Assembly (NCBI GenBank): GCA_964016885.1
Contig: OZ024743.1
Span: forward strand, 111,538,001 to 111,602,000
Direction: 5' to 3'
Length of the DNA: 64,000 bases
Source of the DNA: Eledone cirrhosa
Taxonomy: Eukaryota
The notes beneath the pieces were generated by a model. The model made no database searches and was not told the origin of the DNA. It worked only from the letters and a program-made list of their open reading frames with translations. Of this stretch, positions 12,680-27,912 are shown piece after piece (position 1 is the stretch's first letter; every line of letters begins with the position of its first letter). The position numbers and the translations under genes are program-made.

Positions 12680-13436
12680 GGTTGCCGGTTCAGCAAAAAT
12701 TAGGTATTAGTATTCGTGCTCTTAAATAACGATGTATACAGGATTGTATTACATTATTTTTTGCTGGACTGGCAACCACCGGCAACCGCTCTGATTAGTC
12801 AGCTCTTAAATATTACTGGAATTCTATAATAATCCAGCTTCTATAATTCTGTGCAGAAGCGAAGGTGTGAATAGTCTTAATAAACGCAAATTCGTGAGAA
12901 ACAGGACTGTCGATTACTCTCTTTTGCTTTTGCCGAGGAAAATAACTGACATAGTCACTATTTTAAAACAGTTCCGTTTCTCGCTCGTTAGCGTTTATCA
13001 AGACAACTCACCCCTTCACTTCTGCTGAGAATTATAGAAGCTGGATTCCTATAGAATTCCAGTAATATTTAACAGCTGATTAACCAGAGCCGTTGCCGGT
13101 CTAGCAAGAATTAGGTGTTAGTATTGGTGCTCTGAATATCTCTGGTGAATCAGCTCTTAAGTATTACTGGAATTCTATAATAATCCAGCTTCTATAATTC
13201 TCGACAGAAGCGAACGGGTGAGTAGTCTTGATAAACGCCAACGCGTAAGAAACAGGACTGTCTATAACTCTCCTTTGCTTCTGCCGAGAATAAGTAAGTG
13301 ACATAGACACTACTTTCAAACTCCTAGCGAATGGTGTTCAAAATGGTTTTCATTAAACATACGGTATATTACCAAACACACTAGACATACATTCATGTAT
13401 ACATACATCGCTGTTTCAGAGCACCTATACTAATAT
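12680..13436. mobile_element. Family D multiply folded HHR-bearing element
   Basis: AATCCAGCTTCTATAATTCT blocks in alternating orientation (12831 +, ~13030 -, 13182 +); homologous to 56730-57450, 6830-6895 and 55783-55822. Confidence 0.8.
13221..13268 (+). ncRNA. Type I hammerhead-like motif, U3-A8 variant (family D)
   Basis: AGTAGTC-TTGATAA-ACGC CAAC GCGT-AA-GAAA-CAGGACTG-TC^; stem I partner GATTACT is intact in the copy at 12870-12918; 2-nt insertion before GAAA. Confidence 0.65.
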
Positions 13437-13452
13437 ATATATATATATAAGC

Positions 13453-13484
<32 letters not shown>

Positions 13485-13515
13485 GTGTGTGTGTGTATGT
13501 GTGTGTGTGTATGTA

Positions 13516-13678
<163 letters not shown>

Positions 13679-13864
13679 GAATAATCGAGAATCGGAATAT
13701 CAGCCCACGAAATCACGATAAACAATATCCGACATGTGTGGCAGAGGGATCAATAATTTGGATAAATCAGAGCTATAACCATCGTTAAATTACCAACACA
13801 TAGAGATCATGCCTAAAATCACCCGTGCAGCCGAAAAAGAACGACCAGGAAGATTCGGGTCACT

Positions 13865-13894
<30 letters not shown>

Positions 13895-13898
<4 letters not shown>

Positions 13899-14641
13899 AA
13901 ATTAAGATAAATCAAATGAATTTAATCTAAATCAAAATTATGGGTGTCATGCCAGAAAGACATGCACCATATCACCCGCAAAATAAGCTCTAAGATTCTA
14001 ACGAGTAGGTCCGAGCATTTTATAATAACTAGTTATTATAAAATGCTTGGACCTACTCTTTAGAATCTTAGAGCTTATTTTGTGGGTGATATGGCGCATG
14101 TCATTGTAAAGTGCTCGGACCTACTCGTTAGAATCTTAGAGCTTATTTTGTGGGGGATATGGTGTATGCTTTCTGGCATGACACCCATAATTTTGATTTA
14201 GATTAAATTCATTTCATTTATCTTAAATTTGGATATAGATATATAAATACGGCTCCTTAATTGTAGAGCTAACTATGTTGAAAGGACTCGACTACTGTTT
14301 CTAGTTGTCGATAACCCTATTCACGCCACTGGGACGAAGCTAGTATGATGTGTGTATTTCTAGTAGATATACCACGTGGGGCTGACCAGTCGCTGATTTG
14401 AACTTGAAGTGTAAACATTGTTCGCTGGAACTTCTTCCTTGTTGGAAATCCAAGTCTCGGCATCCGTGGTTTACCATTCGATTAATTGGTGAAATATATT
14501 TCTTTTATGGAATATATACAGGGAAGATTAATCATAATATAAGGTATCTATTTTTGAAGTTCTGGTCAACTTTATTTAGTTACCTACCTAGCTATTTATG
14601 GTTACAGACTTGTAAAAATTATCTCCTGTGATTATTCTAGT

Positions 14642-14645
<4 letters not shown>
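13895..14645. mobile_element. Family B element, double fold-back
   Basis: 13895-14030 is inverted at 14040-14100 and again at 14110-14235; tail matches 425-815 (TATTCACGCCACTGGG, GATTAATTGGTGAAATATAT, TTACCTACCTAG). Confidence 0.75.
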
Positions 14646-14708
<63 letters not shown>

Positions 14709-14709
14709 C

Positions 14710-15040
14710 ACACTTGAAGTAGGGTTATAAGATTTGGCTGAATAGGACTGCTCCTTCTAGCAGCTATGTTAGTTTCCATTCTCCAGCCAGCGCTGTTCTG
14801 CTGATAATCACGTGATAATTATTCCATTCGAACTTATTGTTGGTATCAAATGAGTTGGAAGAATTTCCCTTCATTGGGAAGTTCCCTGATGAGCTGAGAC
14901 TTCTTAGAGTGCTCAGAAACAGCGATTATCGAGGAAACTGCAGCCAGGACATCAAAGTAAATTGGTAGATTTCTTCTTATCGTGTTTACTTCTCCCAAAT
15001 ACTATATTAATATGCTCTGATGAATTGATTTTTATTCTTT

Positions 15041-15045
<5 letters not shown>
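14710..15045 (+). mobile_element. Family K element copy
   Basis: Homology to 11645-12030; sits between (TA)n tracts. Confidence 0.55.
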
Positions 15046-15084
<39 letters not shown>

Positions 15085-15098
<14 letters not shown>

Positions 15099-15935
15099 CA
15101 ACAATGTCATTATTCTGTGTGTCATAATTCTCGATTATCATTGGTTCATACGTTTCAAATGACTCCGCCCACCTCAACGACGCCAAACTTAAATTAATAT
15201 GCATAATGCCTATGAGGGAGTGAGAGAGGAGAGTAAGAAACAGAGAGGCAAAGTGAACGCTGTAACTATGTCCATGTGTGAGTGTGTATGTACGTACGCG
15301 TATTTTTATGTGCGTGTGCGTGCGTGCAGCGTTCCACCGAAAGTAAAAGCAATTCGACTTCAGCAAACAGTCAACTACAGCGGTGGCGCCGTGCAGCCAG
15401 GAATGAAGAAAAACGGGCAGAACAGCGCCATCGGAACGCCGAACTTCAGAGGCGAAGACGTGTCGCCATGAATGAAGATGAGCTGGCTGAACAACGCCAA
15501 CGAAACACTGGAGCCAAGCAGCGACGGCGTATTTCGATGTTTGAAGACGAAATGGCTGAGCATCATCTTTTATATTAATTATCTATATCTACATATAATA
15601 TAACAGATTGGAACTTCCATCATCCTTTTGAGAAACGTGGAAAAACCTCGTCTATGCAATTATACACGGTTTACAGTCAGGCAGAAGATGAACCATCTCC
15701 TAGTGGTCACTATTCAAGGTGGCAGCACCTAGAATTGTTCATATACTATGCACAAACGGTAGAACGTAGAATCTGTTATATCTGGAATATTTTTTTTTAC
15801 TGTTTTTTGTATCACACAGACACCACGGACTCGCCTCATACTGTAACCAGACAAACATCCAATAGAGTTATTTTCTCTTTTACCCGTCTTCTCTTATCAT
15901 CTGTTTACCCGGGCGAAGCTGGGTACGTCAGCTAA
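15085..15935 (+). mobile_element. Non-autonomous Helitron, copy 1
   Basis: 3' end ACCCGGGCGAAGCTGGGTAcgtcagCTAA (subterminal hairpin plus CTRR); remnant ORF of R/E-rich repeats (EQRHRNAELQRRRR..NEDELAEQRQRN) like RepHel N-termini. Confidence 0.7.
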
Positions 15936-16912
15936 TCTATATATTAATTTCAACAATGTCAGTATTCCGTGTTTCATAATTCTCGATTATCATTTGTTCA
16001 TAGGTTTCAAACGACTCCGCCCACCTCAACGACGGCACACTTAAGTTAATATGCATAATGCCAATGAGGGAGTGAGAGTGGAGAGTAAGAAACAGAGAGG
16101 CAAAGTTAACGCTGTGTTGGATACACTATATATATGTGTCAGTGTATGTGTGATGTGTGTGGAAATAAGAGGGGGAGAAAAACAATAACTATTAACACGT
16201 GTGCGTGTGTATGTACGTACACGTATGTTTATATGTGCGTGCGTGCCTGCAGTGTTCCACAGAACGTAAACACTATCAACATGTGAGTGTGTGCGTATGT
16301 GTAAGCGTACGAGTGCCTGTGTAGGCAAAGTGAATGCTGTAACTATTACCATGTGTGCGTGTGTATGTACGTTCGCGAATGTTTATGTGTGTGTGCGTGC
16401 GTGCAGTGTTCCACAGAAAGTAAAAGCAATTCGACTTCATCAAACAGCGAGCTACAGCAGCGACGGGGTGCAGCCAGGAATGAAGAAAAACGGGCAGAAC
16501 TTCTAGGCGAATACGTACAGCCATGAATGAAGAGGAGCTTGCTGAACAACGCCAACGAAACACTGGAGCCAAGCAGCGACGGCGTGCTGCGATGGTTGAG
16601 GACGAAATGGCTGAGCATCATCTTTTATATTAATTATCTATATCTACATATAATATAAAAGATTGGAACTTCCATCATCCTTTTGAGAAACGTGGAACAA
16701 CCACGTCTATGCAATGATACACGTTTTACAGTCAGGCAGAAGATGAAGCATCTCCTAGAGGTCACTATTATAGGTGGGAGCACCTAGAATTGTTCATATA
16801 CCATGCACAAACAGTACAACGAATAATATGGTATATCTGGAAGATTTTTTTTCTGCTTGTATCACACAGACACCACAGACACCCCGGACTCGCCTCTGGG
16901 TACGTCAACTAA
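15936..16912 (+). mobile_element. Non-autonomous Helitron, copy 2 (head-to-tail)
   Basis: Starts TCTATATATTAATTTCAACAATGTC directly after the CTAA of copy 1; ends CTGGGTACGTCAACTAA; has an internal duplication and a 3' deletion relative to copy 1. Confidence 0.7.
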
Positions 16913-16919
16913 TATATAT

Positions 16920-17018
<99 letters not shown>

Positions 17019-17019
17019 A

Positions 17020-17290
17020 GCAGAAGGAATATTCAATGTGTTGGTAATTCAATAAATATAAATGTTTATAACTGATTTAGAGCACTCAACAGTCTTTGGA
17101 GTATAATATACAGCTTCCAGGGATAACTTGAACCATTAAGGTATGTTATCCTTGGTTATGTCAAATATTTATAAAATATTTTGTATGTTATCTTATGATA
17201 GCGTACCAAAATGTTTGTACCCTTGAAATATATATAATAGAATAAATATGGTTTTATAAATATAGTTTCCATTTATTTAATATCCTTGTA
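17020..17290 (+). mobile_element. Decayed PLE 3' end with degenerate HHR
   Basis: TTAT-CTTATGA...GTAC..GTAC..GAAA-TATATA-TA^ATAGAA, followed by ATAAATATGGTTTTATAAATATAGTTTCCATTT shared with 53900-53945 and 28315-28355. Confidence 0.55.
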
Positions 17291-20200
17291 TATATATATT
17301 TATATATATATATATATATATATGCATTTAGGTTAGAAAAATAGCATTCAAAACATCTAATATAGTGGATTTATATATATAATTTAGTCGTGTATACGGC
17401 AAGCGTAGCAGCAATAACAGCATAAAATCTACATCGGGTTGCTTCAGAAATAAGAACAGTAAAAGCAACAACCCGATTCGAAACCTCACGCTGTTTTTCT
17501 TGTTTTATAACAGTCAGAATCTTTAACTAAAAGCATGCTTGTTACAAGTTCAGGCTGATATAATACATCCGTGAATTGTTATTGTTATAGGGTCTTCGTA
17601 CAATACATATTGTTCTGTATATGTTTTTATTGTTATCGTTTTCAATGTTATAGTTACTGTCGTTATTTTGCATCTGTTGTTAATGTTGTTCTTAGTATAG
17701 TATGTTGCTGTTATTTTCGTTAATGTTGCTTTTCGATACAATACATGTTGATACAATTATTTCCAATTTGTGCCTCTCTGATGGGTGATATATCGTATCA
17801 GCTCTTACCACTCAGGCTGCAAGCATAATTTAATATGAATCTATTATCTTTGTCGGCAAACATCACATAAGAATAAAACCTCTTACTCAAGTGTGATGAT
17901 ATTCCCAAAATACAACTTATTTTTCGTATTACTAAACATTTTACGACTCTCTTAAAATAATAATCAGATTCATGAACGTTCAGCAAAATTCTTGTAGCTT
18001 AGTTGGGTACCTCTGATTTTGCAAATACTCAGTAAGAAGAGTTTCTAATGTAGGAACAAAGTCATACATTTGAGTGAAGGAAACATTGATTAAATCGACC
18101 CCAATACTTTACTGGTATTTTATCTCATTGAACCCGGTATGATGTATGGAAATTTAACTCCGATATGATTTGAACTTCGAGTGTAATATTTCGGAACAAT
18201 TATCAGAAGGCTCTTTTCATTAACCCACTGTAGATGTTGATTTCTGATTTAGTCAAATAACCCGAAAATATATACATACATTCCTGGACATTAGTGTTAT
18301 GATCTTAGAATGATGAATGACAAAATTGTTTACCACAATATAAAAAGCACAACTCATACTAGCACAACATCTATACACCCGTTCTTCCAATTCTGCGAAT
18401 CTCTCTTTAACAGCATGATTGATAGTAATGTACATATCTTTTATTGGACACAAGGCCTAAACATACTGAACAGTGATTTCGAAGTCAAGATTTAGGGAGT
18501 TGGTGCAGTTATTTTGACTGTTACACATATCAAAGAGTAGTGTTTCTCATATGTAGGCCTTTGTTGCTCATCCAGGGAGCCCTTGAAGTAATCGGCCCTT
18601 CAACAGCATCCGTGTACATCCCAGGACATCTTGGGATGTAATATATCATGTCAATATTTTAAGTTGTAGCTTGTATTTTTTTCAACAAACAAATTCTGCT
18701 CTAAAGATACTGTCGAACTGTATGGATTACATCCAATCTGCAGAACTTTTTACCGCATCATCTGAATTTGTATGATGTGACTGGTGTCAAATTTGAACGA
18801 GAATTTGTCGACCACAACTCGATGATGTGAATGCCATGACAGGATAATCCTGAAGTCGCAGGAATTGCTGGATCTTTTCCATGTCAAGGATTTGACAATG
18901 AAAAATATTGGAAAGAAAATAGAAAAAGGAAATTGAAAGGAAAAAGTGAAGAAATAAAGAAACACACAAAAGGAAAACGAAAGGAAGGGTGGAGAGAAGG
19001 AAGGAAAACAGGAAGAAAGAAGAGGGCTAACAAAACCAAGATGATTGAAAGGAAGCAAAGGACTCATTAAGAAGTGTATGAGGTGTTAGTGTGGGGATGA
19101 TATTGTACTGTATTTGAGTAATAAGTTGGCGAATACTTAGAACCGTCAGATGTGATATGGCTCTTCATCTTCTATGTTCAAATCTCATGGAAATTATATT
19201 TTCTTTTCATCCTTCACGGCTTATTACCACACAGGAATGTAAATTAATAGTCTTTCTGACTGCCTATGAGAAAGAGACAGTTTTTGAATCGCATCTTGCC
19301 TAAAAGACGGTGTTTTGTAAAAATACCGTCTTGTATATGAAGGAAGGCAACGGGAAAACATGAGTGTGTACTAACATGAACATTTCATACCAAACCCATG
19401 CTGGGCATCAAGCGAGTAACCAGGCGTCATTCAGCAACCGAATGATGCAAAGGAAAACTTATTCGAATAATTATTTCAATAATCTTCATATAACTGAGAG
19501 CAAAAATTCAAGCAGACAGGAATTAAAAGCAGAGTACATAAAGCTGTAATAAACAAAATCTAAATATCATTTTCTCCATTCCACTAGCTAATCCCAAATA
19601 CACTTCCCTTCAACTTTCCCTATTTTAGGCCACACTTCGTTATCATAAAATCAAGAAAAATAAATTTCAGTTGTATTAATACATGAAGCAATTGTAAATT
19701 TACTGAATTACTATTATGGAAAATTTAAAGAGTTTCAATATTGATATGAATCACAAGAACATTTGGTGATGATGATGTTTCCTTTATTTCCTGCTAGATT
19801 CACATTATGTAATACAATAAAACCAATAGAAGACAAGTAACAAAAAACTTTTGATGGAAGACGTAAAATGAAATTGCAATTTGAAATCCTTTTGCTTGTG
19901 TAGGCTATGCTCACTGTACCGCGGCATTTCTAAACCATGCTGCAACAATTCAAAAGAAAAATAAGCAAGAAAATGGAATTCGAACACCGCCCAAAACGAG
20001 GGAAAAAGGAGAATATGCAATAGATAATTATGAAAAGAGAGAAGTTTTGCTGTATTTTAAAATACTTGTAACGACAGCAGTCATTCCCTTTTTTACTTAG
20101 GATTTTTCAAGCGCACAGTTTTCGTATGTGATATGTTATAGTTGTTTCGTTAGCCCATACTATATGTTGTTTGTAGGATAATTTAAACATGGGACTGTTG

Positions 20201-20531
20201 AGGAGCTTGTTAAATGTTTGCGTACAGGGATGTATAGATACATATCGTGGTATTTTTTCTGATATATTCATTCGGTTCACTGATTTTTACATTATATTTT
20301 GATTCCTTCAAATAATATTGCATGTAGCAACAGATAGACTCACAAAGAGAATAGAGAGAGACAGAGATAGGGGGTATTGGGATAAACTGATATTAAGGGT
20401 GAGAGCAATCTGGAATACATATCGTATAGCTAGAATAAAAATATATGTGAATATGTGTGTGACTCGGGTTGCGTATGTGCGTGTATGAGTTTGCGTTTTT
20501 CTCTCTGACCCTATACAAATACACACACACA

Positions 20532-20647
<116 letters not shown>

Positions 20648-20790
20648 GTTTTTAACGTCGTCAGGGACATTACTTTTTGCCTAAAATAAGTCTCAAAAAT
20701 CTACCATGCGTCCTGGAGGCCGAAAGTTGATTATTAATTTTTCTCAAAATGCTGGTTGTCAAAATTAGGGTGTGTCCTCGTATATGTGTG

Positions 20791-20875
<85 letters not shown>

Positions 20876-20888
20876 GTATATATGTATA

Positions 20889-23800
20889 TTAGAGTGTGCC
20901 ATAAAAACCAAGGTCACAATACTAATGCTCCCTGTGGATTTTCCCATTATAAATGCCCCAATTGGTAAAGTAAAACATATTTTGTATAAAATAAAGTATT
21001 TTGAGTTTTGCCTATATCATGGTGATTATTGTGGAAAGTGTGATTATGTTGTATGAAATCATGAAAATGTGAAACCAAATATGAGCATACAATAATTGTT
21101 TATTTAATTAATCGATTATATTTATAAACCAGCTTTGAATATAAAGGCGTACAAGGAAGAAACATGTTCAGTTAAGTTAACTCCAGTCATATTTTATTCA
21201 GAGTTTCTTTTTTGAAATCCAGGACCTTGCGACGATGAGCTTCGACTACTTGAACAACACACTGCTTCTCCTCCTCATTCTTCTTATCAACTTGACTGCT
21301 CTCTCCGCCAGATCATTGACTACCTTGATATTGTGAACAACAGCACAAGCATTTTGATATGATGCTTGTGAAGACCAAGTTGCAGGTGACAGCTCAAGCC
21401 AAGTAACGTCGAGACCAAGAAGATCGAACAGAAGCCTTGATTTCTTGCCAAATAGATGAGGCAGCTTCGTGGACGACTTCAACTGGGGAAATACTGGAGC
21501 ACCACGATCGAGAGGCCCAGACGTTTTTGTTTTGACAAGACGTTGGGCTATTTGTTTCTTCGTGGACCCGACTTGAAAACAGCGCTAGCGGAATGGCTTC
21601 CTCCGCCAGGTACCACAGATGCCTGCTCAGAGCAATAATGGCTGCCTGCGAGAGATCTCTGTACTGTGTCAACTTCACGTAATATTGAAGGTCATTGGAT
21701 CGTTCATCAGCACACTTGACTGCTGTCAGCTAGCATCTCACGTAGAACAGAGCATTGAACCTACAGATCCGGCGCAACTTTTCTATTTTAGCTTGATCGT
21801 AATTGAGTCGCTCACCAAATGCATACATCTTTGCACTATAGATGATTGTGGACATCCACCGAGCGTTACGATCTGCACCAGACAGCATCCAATGAATTTC
21901 ACGAGGAGGGGTGACACCAAGCAAGATCAACATCAACTCAGCACATTCTAGGTAGTCGTCTCGTGGAAGAGGACTCATTTTCCCATCGTCGGATGTCAGC
22001 ATATCTTGGAGGAACTTGATGTTCTCAGAACGCAGACGCTTGAGTCTCCAGTCGACAATGTTCAATGTTTTAAAGTTGGTCTTGTCCGTGAGTGACACCC
22101 AATCTTTTTTGAACTCCTTGAACTCTGGGGTGTCTGGACTGGACATTGCTCCGAATAGTTGTTGCCACACTGCACACAAGATACGCAAAACATCGTGCCG
22201 ACAAGCAAAATAAAACACCTTTTGTTGGGCATCTCTTCTAGTTTCATGCAGGCACCATTTTTCGAACCAGAATTCGAAGCAGTTGTGTCGAAGACCAAGC
22301 CCACCACAAGCCCATCAACATTCCAATATTTAACAAGATCAAATGATGCTTTGGCTTGAGTGGTTCCAGTGCCATCAGGAATTATGGGAACACCGAGGAG
22401 TTTACCTTCTCTGAAGTCCGGAGTTCCAGCAAGTAGCACACCTAGCCTCTCGTGGTCACCAGGAAATATCTTGCGATCCCAATGCAAGGTAACAAAGTCT
22501 GGCACAGCAAATTGTTACTTTATGTGTTTAGCCCCGACAGTTCTGATCTTCTTAGCTGCACGTCTGATATTATTCTTGGAGAGAGTTGTGGCATCTATGT
22601 CAGTCCCACCCTCAGAAATAATCGATGCCATAAATGCTGTTCTCTGGCCCAGTGTCAGGTTTAAACGATCAGGCATTAGAGAAATTTTTGGACTTTGAAA
22701 TGGATTATTTGGGAGTTCCGGTTGGATTTTTCGTTTCTTGTCTGACTTTGAGCTGTCTCTGGGTGGGTTTGAGGCCTGAAATTCAGGATCCTGTTCATCT
22801 TCAGTTTTATCATTGGTTGAACTTGAATCAATCAGTTCATGACATGGAAGTTGTGCTGGTAAATATACTTACAAACGCTTTCTGTGGTTCTCTGACTCTC
22901 GACGAGCCACAGAAAACTGATCACGCTTAAACTTTGAAGATACCTTTTTCTGGTAACCCTTGTTTTCAGCACCCAGAGATACTTTTTTCTGGCAACGCAG
23001 GTCTTCGAGAAATGTAGCATCTTCAATTTTCTGTTCATTATTAAGAAGATGATCTTTCAAAATTTTATTTTCAGCATCAGTATGTTCAATGTAGAAATAC
23101 GAACCCAATTCAGAAATAAATAGTGCTTCCTTTTCTTTGTTTGACTTAGAAACTTTGTTTTTTTGTAAATTTCTGTATTCACTGTACATGTTCATAATTT
23201 TTAGTTTCACTTTGTCTTTTCGTTGAGTCGCCACACCAGCTTTTTCCCACTGACTAACTACTTCCACCACAAGCCTATCCGCAATAGCACCATTGAAGCT
23301 GACATGCTTTTCGTGTTTCATAGGACCATCTTTCAGGTAGAAGAAATATCTTAGAACATCCCGCTTTCTTGGTATTTTGTTTGGTGAAAAGGACCTAAAA
23401 TCTCCACAACAGAAACAATAAGAATGTTTATTGTAAGCAACAATTTACCCCGAGAAACATATTATATAAGTATTTTATATAAAAATAAAAAAGATCCCCA
23501 TGTCTTATGTATATCGTATATGATCTTCGGTGTTGAATACAAATATAAACGTATTATTGGAATATTTCGTCAATAATAAATCCGTGGGTTCATTGTGTAG
23601 AAAAAAATGTAACATTGTTTGTAAATTTATATAAGGTTTATCAAACTAAGAAGTTCCATTTATTCTATATAACTCACTATTTGATTCTTTCCAGAATGCT
23701 GAAACACACGGTCGAGCGACGGAACGAAATGTGTTTCGGTTTGCGTATTACCTGTTTATATGATATAAATTAACATATGTATGACGGTACACAATTGCAA
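20889..23800 (-). mobile_element. hAT-superfamily (hATm-like) DNA transposon, decayed
   Basis: Transposase pieces as listed in the next feature; candidate terminus TTAGAGTGTGCC at 20889; matching other TIR not found, so the right boundary is approximate. Confidence 0.65.
21200..23402 (-). pseudogene. Frameshifted DDE transposase (hAT/hATm-like)
   Basis: Ordered motifs over 5+ ORF pieces: IPRKRDVLRYF, WEKAGV, TLHWD, ERL..L, KLLGVP...GTG..QA, FDTTASNSG..NGAC, ACRH, PRDDY.E..EL, ARWM..IY..K, RHLWYL.E, VVND.AERAVKLI. Confidence 0.85.
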
Positions 23801-23930
23801 CCGAAAATTACAATCTCAGATGTTTTGTTGTTTTAACAAAACAAGCAAGCATATATATACATATTTATGCACACACACACACACACACACATTTATATAT
23901 ATATGTACATACATATGAATATATACATTC

Positions 23931-24004
<74 letters not shown>

Positions 24005-24095
24005 CATACATATAAAATACACAGTTATTAACACATTTAGACACATAATTCTCTGTGTTTATTTCGACATATATTATTATTATTATTATGTATAC

Positions 24096-24236
<141 letters not shown>

Positions 24237-24299
24237 CTAGATATACAATACATATATATAAATATATCTAGATATACATTATAGATACATTTATATATA

Positions 24300-24340
<41 letters not shown>

Positions 24341-24694
24341 TTAGACCCACACATACACACACACGCACACACACATGCATATAAGTATATATATATTTGA
24401 GAATGTAAGTATATATGCGTGTGTATATGTGTCTGTTGTGAATGTACACGTATATCTTAGTTGTCATGCTGTATTTCCGCACATAAAGATTTTAAATGTA
24501 CCATTCCTGTTTCTTTGATGACAGTTATGTTCACATTTCTCTATATTATGCGACCACACAAGCACCCAAAACAGATGCAGCTATACACACATACGCACAC
24601 ATTTCTACACACTTTCTATGTTTATTTTCCTATATTTCTTCATGTCTCAATGAGCATAGGTTTACACATCAACATATCTATGCATGTATAAATT

Positions 24695-25320
<626 letters not shown>

Positions 25321-25862
25321 ACCTGCTTGTGTTCAGTTATGTGCGCAGGCATATAGGTATGCTTGAGTTCATATATGTGCGTTTTTGGAGCAATGAATTT
25401 ACACACGATATAATAACGGTATGCATTCACAGCTCTGTAAGGCTTTCTATATTTTTATATAAACACTTGCACAGATATAAATTCTTATTCACATATGCAT
25501 ACACACAAGCACAAGGACATGTATATGTATATATTTATATATACCGATATTTACAGATATGCTTTCCAATAAAACGTCTATTTGGGAACTTCTTTTTCAT
25601 TTCTGCATATCATTGCTGATAAATCACTCGGCAATATTGTTGTGCTGTGATAAACGTCCACCACTGAATATGCATAGAGGTGATAAAGAAAATCGCGATG
25701 GCAATACGGATAAGCGAAAATGGCTAGGTAACATTACAAGAGAAACAGCAATCAATGTCCACAGATGAAAAATCAAGGCACACACACATGCACACCCTGA
25801 AAAATATGTAAATGTGTATGAGTATGGTTTTATATGTGTCTATAAAGATAATGATGTGTGAG

Positions 25863-25913
<51 letters not shown>

Positions 25914-25923
25914 GAGAGAGAGA

Positions 25924-25984
<61 letters not shown>

Positions 25985-26542
25985 TGATTAATAGATAGAC
26001 ATTGAAATACAAATGGAAACGTAAAATTATCTCTCTCTTACTATATATGTGTGTTTGTGTGTATATATATATATATATATACATGATTTTATCTCCTTAT
26101 TCATCTTATTACTCATATATGCTTTTATATGTGGCTATGCATCTGGGTATATATGTGAATGTGCTTGTGTGTTTGTGTGGCGCTTATATGAATATATGTC
26201 TGCGTGTCTATTGTTGTGAACCTGGATGTATTTCTGTGTAGTTTTATAGCTTCTCAAATCTAAGGAAGAGAGAAAAAAATACTCTATTCACTGAACAATA
26301 CCAATTATATGAATTCGCCATAAACTTTTTCTACACAGGACAATAAACCTTGCACGGATGACGGATAACAATATGAACAATCACACCGGTCAGAAGTGTT
26401 TCGTTTAGTGATAGCTAAAACTATACTTGCATATGTTTATTCCAGCACACACACATAACTCTCTCTCTCACTCCGTCTTATTCTCTCTCTAAGTATAAAC
26501 GTATATATTATATAAATATATATATACACACATATACACACA

Positions 26543-26670
<128 letters not shown>

Positions 26671-26971
26671 CATATATACATACATACAAAATATATACAT
26701 ACATACATATAAATATACATGCATGCATACATACTCACATATAAATATATTTATGTATGAAAAGAAAGCCACTTACTATCATGCCGTCATCTTCATATCC
26801 CTCATAATCCACATCCTTTCCCTCCTCTTCATCATCATCATCATCATCGGCGTCATCACTGCCATCTTATTTAACCTCGGTAACTATATAAAGTATATCG
26901 TAACAAACAGTAACATCACCAACAGTATTAGCAAAAGATAAAACTGCAATATGAATATTAGTAAAAATAGC

Positions 26972-26989
26972 AATAACAACAACAACAAC

Positions 26990-27061
<72 letters not shown>
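26972..27061 (+). repeat. (AAC)n(AAT)n microsatellite
   Basis: Direct reading. Confidence 0.95.
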
Positions 27062-27063
<2 letters not shown>

Positions 27064-27739
27064 TGTCGATGATAATAGTAACATTAAGGATAATAAAAGT
27101 AGTAGAATTGTAGTTGTATTTGTGATGGTTGTGATAATAATGTTTGTAGTACTAGGAATATTTTTAATGGCTGTAGTAGGTAGTTGCATAGGTAATTGTA
27201 ATGTTTATGCTTATATTGATATTGTTGTTTTTATTGTTGTTGTTGTTCGTGGTGGTGGTGGTGGTGGTGGTCAAAGTTAAGCTGTAATGTAGTATAATGG
27301 CTAACAGTATGCTCAAGGTAAAAATGCATCAATACAATAATAGCGTTTGGATTTCGTAATAAACTCAGGTTATTCCAAAGATCAAAGTGTACAGCCTTCC
27401 TAATCTTGCGCGTTTTTAACATTACTTGTATCTAAATTCTATAGCCTTCAGGCGAAAAAAGACTGTAGCAGTGATGTCTTTCTATGATAAACTTTAAGTT
27501 GACCATAATGGTAGGCAAGATGGCAGCAACAGCTTTGGTTCTACATATCTTGTACAGTGTGCGACTCAATGCAAGGACAAAGGATGGTTTTGGCTGGTAT
27601 TGTTTCCATCGGTTTTCTTCTCAGAAATTGATAGTCGGAAGCAATGTCGGGATTGATATGTAAAAGAGATAGTGAAGCAGGGAAAAAGGGGAATATTCAG
27701 AGAGATAAAAAGAACAACAGCATAAATGGAGTGATATAC

Positions 27740-27912
<173 letters not shown>

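Noticed and set aside
14880-14950. CTGATGA...GAAACTGCAGCC in family K
   Set aside because: No UH triplet, and stem II does not close onto GAAA
18540-18900. Exon-like GC-richer patches
   Set aside because: Stops interrupt the frames; weak minus-strand resemblance to a Dong/R4 LINE 3' end (DFRI..VVVDK, VLGCTRML), too decayed to call
19903-20100. Open frame after an acceptor-like site
   Set aside because: No recognisable motif or partner exon
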